Assembly (NCBI RefSeq): GCF_046119375.1
Contig: NW_027362767.1
Span: forward strand, 243,908,001-243,972,000
DNA: 64,000 nucleotides
Reading direction: 5' to 3'
Source: Phyllobates terribilis
Lineage: Eukaryota
How positions within the stretch are numbered: position 1 is the stretch's first letter; each line of letters begins with the position of its first letter. The notes under the pieces are model-generated. The model did not search any database. It saw nothing but the letters and a program-made list of their open reading frames with translations, and was not told where the DNA came from. This document shows, piece by piece, positions 55,647 through 64,000 of the stretch. The translations under genes were made by a program, and so were the position numbers.

Positions 55647-57212
55647 TCAGATCATCAGCATGATGTGCAGGTAGAGCGGCAGCAATAAATTGTCTATCTG
55701 GGTTGTAAAAGCTTCTAATAACGTCACCAAAGTGATGGATCCCAATAACCACAAGTAGCCGCTGTTCATGGTCACATTAGTGTCACAGATCAGAAGCAAA
55801 GCGACGGCAATAATCTGGGCAAATATAGCCATCATGGTGCCTTCAAACGTCTTCTTGGTACCAAACCATTTAATCTCGCCCAAGGCGTTACCGCAAATGG
55901 AGGCGATGGTGTCCCCTACTCCTACCGCTAGTACCCCGCAATACGGAAGCAGAGTAGAAGGGCTGGATAAGGAGGATGCACAGAGTCTTGGGAACAGCCA
56001 GACTGGAAGAGACATCCCTAGGAGAAGGTAAATGTGCGTGAGAATCAGAGGACCGCTGTCCCTCTCGTCCAGGAAGAGTGTCAGCAGGTTCCTTAAGGTC
56101 TGTCCTAGCGGTCTGATCCGGAAGTAGCGTATATACTCTAGTAATACAAAAGCAGCAAAACAAGCAATGGAGCTGACAAAGAGCAGCTGCATGTCGTATA
56201 GGATACCGGGTATGTAAGTGGCCACCGCAAGGAAGTGAAAGTACTTGCGAGTCACAGTGGACACTTGAAGCTTCTTCGAGTCCGGAGTCCGTTTTGCGTT
56301 CTGGTAGAGAACAACAGCGCAAGCAGATAAAGCAAGAAGCACCCAGTAGCCGAGGAGATAGAGTCGCATACTGCTCTGTATGAGGAACTCCACCAGCCAG
56401 AAGACGGGATGTCTCTTTATGAGGTACTGTAGCCACGGCAGGAAGACTCCAAGCGCTAACACTGCCGTCATCATGTAAAAAAAGACTGAGGAAGTCCAAG
56501 TGGAAGAATCCATGAAAAAGAACAAGGCTGAAAAGAAAATTCCTAGGAGGACCAAAGCCACCACAGTGACCAGTAGGAGGTACTCTGCAGGATCTCCTTT
56601 ACCACCCACGGTGTTCAGAGAGCGTTTGATGAGTTGGTTAATGACGAAGCTGAGCCCACCGAGAATGATCAAGGCTTCTCCAGGGGTGAAGCAGCGTGGC
56701 ATCAGGTATAGAAGAATCATACTGAGGTATACGAAGATGAGGAGCACCTCAAGAACCTCAATGATTTCCGACACAGCCAGTGAATTCTTCATGGTGTAGA
56801 GTATGGCACTGCCAGCAGCTCCGGACACGATGCAGGTGTTTTTAGGTACAGGTTTTGTGATGCCAAGTGCAATTATGGAAAGAAAATAAGCTAAGGCCAT
56901 TCCGGTAGCAGATACAACCACGCCGTACCTCTCAAAGTAAACATTACCGGAAACTTTGCACCTTTCTCTTATTACAATGCCCATCAGGGGGATGATCATG
57001 CTTGCTGGCAGAAGTCCGCTGTTGGCAGATGATCTGTACTGAAATACTGCTCCACCCGACTGTAATAACCTGTCCCACTTGTGCTGCACATAGAACGCCT
57101 GCACAGCCAAAGCCAGAGCGCACCAGGAAAAGCGGTCCCACACCACGGTATGGATGGTCAATACAATACAGAACACGACTAGAGACTCCGCCAGCAGCAG
57201 CTTATTCACCAT
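55647..57212 (-). CDS. DOLK: Dolichol kinase, single coding exon, 521 aa
   Basis: [52 protein letters not shown]-binding GVGDTIAS..G...[24 protein letters not shown]. Start taken as GCCGCCATC-ATG-G at 57212; the ORF track start at 57239 is a GTG. Confidence 0.96.
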   Translation of the reverse strand: MVNKLLLAESLVVFCIVLTIHTVVWDRFSWCALALAVQAFYVQHKWDRLLQSGGAVFQYRSSANSGLLPASMIIPLMGIVIRERCKVSGNVYFERYGVVVSATGMALAYFLSIIALGITKPVPKNTCIVSGAAGSAILYTMKNSLAVSEIIEVLEVLLIFVYLSMILLYLMPRCFTPGEALIILGGLSFVINQLIKRSLNTVGGKGDPAEYLLLVTVVALVLLGIFFSALFFFMDSSTWTSSVFFYMMTAVLALGVFLPWLQYLIKRHPVFWLVEFLIQSSMRLYLLGYWVLLALSACAVVLYQNAKRTPDSKKLQVSTVTRKYFHFLAVATYIPGILYDMQLLFVSSIACFAAFVLLEYIRYFRIRPLGQTLRNLLTLFLDERDSGPLILTHIYLLLGMSLPVWLFPRLCASSLSSPSTLLPYCGVLAVGVGDTIASICGNALGEIKWFGTKKTFEGTMMAIFAQIIAVALLLICDTNVTMNSGYLWLLGSITLVTLLEAFTTQIDNLLLPLYLHIMLMI

Positions 57213-57419
57213 GATGGCGGCTTTCCTGGATTTGCACACGTCTTCCTCTTGGATATGATCTCTGCTGCTCCAATGTTATCAATGCAAGGTAACTCCCTCT
57301 GTGTTTTGCATCATCTGTAGGCATTTCCGATCTAATTACACCTAAAAAATGATTATATTAGTAAATCGCCACTAATGAAAATGCACAATGCAAATGTAAA
57401 GCTCCCAAGATGTGTAGAA

Positions 57420-57885
57420 GGCCCTTACTCCAGAGCTGCACTCACTATTCAGCTGGTACAGTTACTGTGTACATACATTATTGATCCTGATTTACATCCT
57501 GTATTATACTCCAGAGCTGCACTCACTATTCCGCTGGTGCAGTCCCTGTGTACATACATTAATTATCCTCTACTGATCCTGAGTTACATCATGTATTATA
57601 CTCCAGAGCTGCACTCGCTATTCTGCTGGTGCAGTCACTGTGTACATACATTACATTACTGATCCTGAGTTACATCCTGTATTATACTCCAGAGCTGCAC
57701 TCACTGTCCTGCTAGTGCAGACACTGTGTACATAGATTACATTACTGATCCTGAGTTACATCCTGTATTATACTCCAGAGCAGCACTCACTATTCTGCAG
57801 GTGCAGTCACTATGTACATACACTACATTACTGATCCTGAGATATATCCTGTATTATACTCCAGAGCTGCGCTCACTATTTTCAC
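57420..57885. repeat. ~86-bp tandem repeat (tacatcctgtattatactccagagctgcactcactattc...), about 5.5 copies
   Basis: ccagag recurs at 57430, 57511, 57603, 57689, 57775, 57861. Confidence 0.9.
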
Positions 57886-58044
57886 TCCCTCACCCACTGA
57901 TTGCCATGATATGAAAGTGCTTGTAAGCCGCTAATATCTCCACAACAGAAATTAAAATTATAAAATAGAACTGTTGAAAGGTCCTGTTTCAAGGGGTTTT
58001 GCAGTCACACGATATGGATGAGCTCTACACAGGACAGGTAATTA

Positions 58045-58297
58045 TAATCAGATCGGTGGGGGTCTGACACCCAGGGCCCCCAGAAATCAGCTGCTTCCAC
58101 CTCTGGAGGCGCAGACTGATGTGTACTGTGTAGTGGCCGTTGCCAGGTGCTGCAGATCATACGGTATTCTCTTGTACAGGAACTAATCTTCAGCACTAGG
58201 GAGCGGCCACTACAAAGTGCACATAGCTCTGCGCCTCCAGAGGTGGAAGCAGCTGATTGCTGGGGGCTCCGGATGTCAGACCCCCACCGAACTGATA
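58045..58297. mobile_element. Fold-back MITE (arms ~100 bp) in the DOLK upstream intron
   Basis: gatcggtgggggtctgaca..cagctgcttccacctctggaggcgcaga vs tctgcgcctccagaggtggaagcagctg..tgtcagacccccaccgaac. Confidence 0.75.
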
Positions 58298-58873
58298 CTG
58301 ATAACTTTCACCGTGTGCCTGGAGCCGCAGACCCCAGTGTAGACATACACTCCCACGCTGTGGAGACGCTGGTGCATGCAGGGGGCTGCCGTTACCAAGG
58401 TAACAGTCCCGGCATAATACACTGCACACATCCCATGGATTAGAGCAGGAGCCGTGCAGGATAGCCGCTGGGTGCTTGTAGGTTTCCTTGGTAACTCCAT
58501 ATTACCCAGCATGCACCAGACTCTACACACCTGATGTCAGGCTGATTGATGTAATGTAAAGGGGCGCTCCGGTCTTATGCAAATAAACCTTTGCTTCAAT
58601 TCCACGCCACTAGCAAGATCTCTGCTTGCTGTCAGTGAAGTGGGACTATGGCATTTTACCCATAAAGCCTCAGTCCTACTCTCAGCTGAGGGTCTGCTAC
58701 AATGTATCCAGTCCAGGAAATCCCACACTATAGAGTAGTAAGACAAAAGAAACAAGACTAAAGAAGCGTCCATTTCCCTTATAGAACACGATATCTCCTC
58801 TCAGAATGACCCTTCTGCTCATATCTTTTGTCCCACAACCAGTTCCCCCTCGTCTCATTCTGCCACCTTTTAC

Positions 58874-58920
58874 CTTGGACAGCACCATGTTGTATTCCGG
58901 TCTCGTGACAGGAAATGACG
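58874..58920 (-). other. DOLK: Candidate non-coding first exon of DOLK (5' limit uncertain); intron 57342-58873
   Basis: Donor CAAG|GTAAAAG on - at 58874/58873; acceptor aatcattttttAG|G at 57342/57341; lies in the promoter island. No transcript evidence. Confidence 0.5.
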
Positions 58921-58995
58921 TCACGGAGAGCTCTCATTTCCGCCCAAACAGAGGCGTGGTTCTGAGAGAGCGGTCACGTGACTTGCGGGGGTAAA
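58880..58995. promoter_or_regulatory. Putative bidirectional promoter (DOLK on -, NUP188 expected on +)
   Basis: CpG-rich cluster: ETS-like CCGGAA (- strand, 58895-900), full CRE TGACGTCA (58916-23), palindromic E-box GTCACGTGAC (58973-82); DOLK and NUP188 are head-to-head in mammals. Confidence 0.65.
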
Positions 58996-59114
58996 GACGA
59001 GTGGATGATGTTACTATGGGGGCTTGCACAAGAAAGGAGTTGACGTTTCTGTTGTGGAGCTACATGCTAGGGGGCTGCAAGGGGAAAGGGGTGAAATTTG
59101 CGTGTGGCTGCATG

Positions 59115-62100
59115 CTGGGGGGACTATGCAAGAAAGGGGGTGATACTGTATACTGGGGGACTATGCAAGAAAGGGGGTGATACTGTATACTGGGGGACTA
59201 TGCAAGAAAGGGGGTGATACTGTATACTGGGGGACTATGCAAGAAAGGGGGTGATACTGTATGCTGGGGGGACTATGCAAGAAAGGGGGTGATACTGTAT
59301 ACTGGGGGACTATGCAAGAAAGGGGGTGATACTGTATACTGGGGGACTATGTAAGAAAGGGGGTGATACTGTATGCTGGGGGACTATGCAAGAAAGGGGG
59401 TGATACTGTATACTGGGGACTATGCAAGAAAGGGGGTGATACTGTATGCTGGGAGGACTATGCAAGAAAGGGGATGATACTGTATGCTGGGAGGACTATG
59501 CAAGAAAGGGGGTGATACTGTATACTGGGGGACTATGCAAGAAAGGGGGTGATACTGTATACTGGGGGACTATGCAAGAAAGGGGGTGATACTGTATACT
59601 GGGGGACTATGCAAGAAAGGGGGTGATACTGTATGCTGATGGACTATGCAAGAAAGGGGGTGATACTGTATACTGGGGGACTATGCAAGAAAGGGGGTGA
59701 TACTGTATGCTGGGGGACAATGCAAGAAAGGGGGTGATACTGTATGCTGGGGGGACTATGCAAGAAAGGGGGTGATACCGTATGCTGGGGGGACTATGCA
59801 AGAAAGGGGGTGATACCGTATACTGGGGGACTATGCAAGAAAGGGGGTGATACTGTATACTGGGGGACTATGCAAGAAAGGGGGTGATACTGGGGGACTA
59901 TGCAAGAAAGGGGGTGATACTATATGCTGGGGGGACTATGCAAGAAAGGGGGTGATACTGTATACTGGGGGACTATGCAAGAAAGGGGGTGATACTGTAT
60001 GCTGGGGGGACTATGCAAGAAAGGGGGTGATACTGTATACTGGGGGACTATGCAAGAAAGGGGGTGATACTGTATGCTGGGGGACTATGCAAGAAAGGGG
60101 GTGACACTGTATACTGGGGGACTATGCAAGAAAGGGGGTGATACTGTATGCTGGGAGGACTATGCAAGAAAGGGGGTGATACTGTATACTGGGGGACTAT
60201 GCAAGAAAGGGGGTGATACTGTATACTGGGGGACTATGCAAGAAAGGGGGTGATACTGTATACTGGGGGACTATGCAAGAAAGGGGGTGATACTGTATAC
60301 TGGGGGACTATGCAAGAAAGGGGGTGATACTGTATGCTGGGGGACTATGCAAGAAAGGGGGTGATACTGTATGCTGGGGGACTATGCAAGAAAGGGGGTG
60401 ATACTGTATGCTGGGGGGACTATGCAAGAAAGGGGGTGATACCGTATGCTGGGGGGACTATGCAAGAAAGGGGGTGATACCGTATACTGGGGGACTATGC
60501 AAGAAAGGGGGTGATACTGTATACTGGGGGACTATGCAAGAAAGGGGGTGATACTGGGGGACTATGCAAGAAAGGGGGTGATACTATATGCTGGGGGGAC
60601 TATGCAAGAAAGGGGGTGATACTGTATACTGGGGGACTATGCAAGAAAGGGGGTGATACTGGGGGACTATGCAAGAAAGGGGGTGATACTATATGCTGGG
60701 GGGACTATGCAAGAAAGGGGATGATACTGTATGCTGGGGGACTATGCAAGAAGGTGATACTGTCTGCTGGGGGGACTATGCAAGAAAGGGGGTGATACTG
60801 TATACTGGGGGACTATGCAAGAAAGGGGGTGATACTGTATACTGGGGGACTATGCAAGAAAGGGGGTGATACTGTATGCTGGGGGGACTATGCAAGAAAG
60901 GGGGTGATACTGTATACTGGGGGACTATGCAAGAAAGGGGGTGATACTGTATACTGGGGGACTATGTAAGAAAGGGGGTGATACTGTATGCTGGGGGACT
61001 ATGCAAGAAAGGGGGTGACACTGTATACTGGGGGACTATGCAAGAAAGGGGGTGATACTGTATGCTGGGAGGACTATGCAAGAAAGGGGGTGATACTGTA
61101 TGCTGGGAGGACTATGCAAGAAAGGGGGTGATACTGTATACTGGGGGACTATGCAAGAAAGGGGGTGATACTGTATACTGGGGGACTATGCAAGAAAGGG
61201 GGTGATACTGTATACTGGGGGACTATGCAAGAAAGGGGGTGATACTGTATGCTGAGGGACTATGCAAGAAAGGGGGTGATACTGTATACTGGGGGACTAT
61301 GCAAGAAAGGGGGTGACACTGTATACTGGGGGACTATGCAAGAAAGGGGGTGATACTGTATGCTGGGAGGACTATGCAAGAAAGGGGGTGATACTGTATA
61401 CTGGGGGACTATGCAAGAAAGGGGGTGATACTGTATACTGGGGGACTATGCAAGAAAGGGGGTGATACTGTATACTGGGGGACTATGCAAGAAAGGGGGT
61501 GATACTGTATGCTGGGGGACTATGCAAGAAAGGGGGTGATACTGTATGCTGGGGGACTATGCAAGAAAGGGGGTGATACTGTATGCTGGGGGGACTATGC
61601 AAGAAAGGGGGTGATACCGTATGCTGGGGGGACTATGCAAGAAAGGGGGTGATACCGTATACTGGGGGACTATGCAAGAAAGGGGGTGATACTGGGGGAC
61701 TATGCAAGAAAGGGGGTGATACTGTATACTGGGGGACTATGCAAGAAAGGGGGTGATACTGGGGGACTATGCAAGAAAGGGGGTGATACTATATGCTGGG
61801 GGGACTATGCAAGAAGGGGGGTGATACTGTATACTGGGGGACTATGCAAGAAAGGGGGTGATACTGGGGGACTATGCAAGAAAGGGGGTGATACTATATG
61901 CTGGGGGGACTATGCAAGAAAGGGGATGATACTGTATGCTGGGGGACTATGCAAGAAGGTGATACTGTCTGCTGGGGGGACTATGCAAGAAAGGGGGTGA
62001 TACTGTATACTGGGGGACTATGCAAGAAAGGGGGTGATACTGTATACTGGGGGACTATGCAAGAAAGGGGGTGATACTGTATACTGGGGGACTATGCAAG

Positions 62101-64000
62101 AAAGGGGGTGATACTGTATGCTGGGGGGACTATGCAAGAAAGGGGGTGATACTGTATACTGGGGGACTATGCAAGAAAGGGGGTGATACTGTATACTGGG
62201 GGACTATGTAAGAAAGGGGGTGATACTGTATGCTGGGGGACTATGCAAGAAAGGGGGTGACACTGTATACTGGGGGACTATGCAAGAAAGGGGGTGACAC
62301 TGTATACTGGGGGACTATGCAAGAAAGGGGGTGACACTGTATACTGGGGGACTATGCAAGAAAGGGGGTGATACTGTATGCTGGGAGGACTATGCAAGAA
62401 AGGGGGTGATACTGTATGCTGGGAGGACTATGCAAGAAAGGGGGTGATACTGTATACTGGGGGACTATGCAAGAAAGGGGGTGATACTGTATACTGGGGG
62501 ACTATGCAAGAAAGGGGGTGATACTGTATACTGGGGGACTATGCAAGAAAGGGGGTGATACTGTATGCTGAGGGACTATGCAAGAAAGGGGGTGATACTG
62601 TATACTGGGGGACTATGCAAGAAGGGGTGACACTGTATACTGGGGGACTATGCAAGAAAGGGGGTGATACTGTATGCTGGGAGGACTATGCAAGAAAGGG
62701 GGTGATACTGTATACTGGGGGACTATGCAAGAAAGGGGGTGATACTGTATACTGGGGGACTATGCAAGAAAGGGGGTGATACTGTATACTGGGGGACTAT
62801 GCAAGAAAGGGGGTGATACTGTATGCTGGGGGACTATGCAAGAAAGGGGGTGATACTGTATGCTGGGGGACTATGCAAGAAAGGGGGTGATACCGTATGC
62901 TGGGGGGACTATGCAAGAAAGGGGGTGATACCGTATGCTGGGGGGACTATGCAAGAAAGGGGGTGATACCGTATACTGGGGGACTATGCAAGAAAGGGGG
63001 TGATACTGGGGGACTATGCAAGAAAGGGGGTGATACTATATGCTGGGGGGACTATGCAAGAAAGGTGGTGATACTGTATACTGGGGGACTATGCAAGAAA
63101 GGGGGTGATACTGGGGGACTATGCAAGAAAGGGGGTGATACTATATGCTGGGGGGACTATGCAAGAAAGGGGATGATACTGTATGCTGGGGGACTATGCA
63201 AGAAGGTGATACTGTCTGCTGGGGGGACTATGCAAGAAAGGGGGTGATACTGTATACTGGGGGACTATGCAAGAAAGGGGGTGATACTGTATACTGGGGG
63301 ACTATGCAAGAAAGGGGGTGATACTGTATGCTGGGGGACTATGCAAGAAAGGGGGTGATACTGGGGGACTATGCAAGAAAGGGGGTGATACTGTATACTG
63401 GGGGACTATGCAAGAAAGGGGGTGATACTGTATACTGGGGGACTATGCAAGAAAGGGGGTGATACTGTATGCTCGGGGACTATGCAAGAAAGGGGGTGAT
63501 ACTGTATACTGGGGGACTATGCAAGAAAGGGGCTGATACTGTATGCTGGGGGACTATGCAAGAAAGGGGCTGATACTGTATGCTGGGGGACTATGCAAGA
63601 AAGGGGGTGATACCACATGCTGTGGGGACTATGCAAGAAAGGGGTTGATACTGTATACTGGGGGACTATGCAAGAAAGGGGGTGATACTGTATGCTGGGG
63701 GACTATGCAAGAAAGGGGGTGACACTGTATACTGGGGGACTATGCAAGAAAGGGGGTGATACTGTATGCTGGGAGGACTATGCAAGAAAGGGGGTGATAC
63801 TGTATACTGGGGGACTATGCAAGAAAGGGGGTGATACTGTATACTGGGGGACTATGCAAGAAAGGGGGTGATACTGTATACTGGGGGACTATGCAAGAAA
63901 GGGGGTGATACTGTATGCTGGGGGGACTATGCAAAAAGGGGGTGATACTGTATACTGGGGGACTATGCAAAAAGGGGGTGATACTGTATACTGGGGGACT
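59115..64000. repeat. 37-bp G-rich minisatellite (actatgcaagaaagggggtgatactgtatactggggg), >130 copies, with a ~1.2-kb higher-order repeat; continues past the window end
   Basis: Period 37 (59123/59160); 30- and 38-bp variants; diagnostic variant recurs at 60751, 61956, 63203. Confidence 0.97.

Noticed and set aside
55888-56499. 203-aa alternative-frame ORF inside DOLK and antisense ORFs within LRRC8A/DOLK
   Set aside because: Shadow ORFs of GC-rich coding sequence; no domain similarity or independent signals
57213-57239. N-terminal extension MCKSRKAAI of DOLK
   Set aside because: Starts at GTG, not ATG; ATG 57212 has an optimal Kozak context and there is an in-frame stop at 57278-76
59017-59110. 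MGACTRKELTFLL as a possible NUP188 N-terminus (cf. GPCVRSSRELWTILL)
   Set aside because: Similarity is weak, there is no donor at the expected phase, and the sequence resembles degenerate satellite monomers
59607-63247. GGLCKKGGD-repeat ORFs
   Set aside because: Translations of the 37-bp minisatellite

Overview
Vertebrate genomic DNA, most likely an anuran frog (inferred from TTAA-flanked T2/Kolobok-type MITEs, CR1, V-SINE, DIRS and Tc1 elements; species not determinable). The window holds the conserved LRRC8A - PHYHD1 - DOLK block. LRRC8A is on + with 2 coding exons (808 aa). PHYHD1 is on + with 11 coding exons that splice cleanly to 291 aa. DOLK is on - with a single coding exon (521 aa from the Kozak ATG). 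A motif-rich putative bidirectional promoter lies at ~58.9 kb, where NUP188 is expected by synteny, but no NUP188 coding exon is recognisable before a >4.9-kb minisatellite runs off the window end. The rest is dense, often multiply nested transposon debris (Helitron, hAT, piggyBac-like, Harbinger, T2/Kolobok MITEs, two Tc1, CR1, DIRS, solo LTR, V-SINE) plus about eight minisatellites that account for most long spurious ORFs. I found no convincing novel protein-coding system. The most interesting leads are regulatory or structural: a CCAAT-palindrome-array Helitron with a 194-bp hairpin, uORF-bearing leaders of LRRC8A and DOLK, a substitution in the LRRC8A dileucine motif, a regenerated splice donor, minisatellite birth inside MITEs, and a G-rich higher-order minisatellite against the DOLK promoter.
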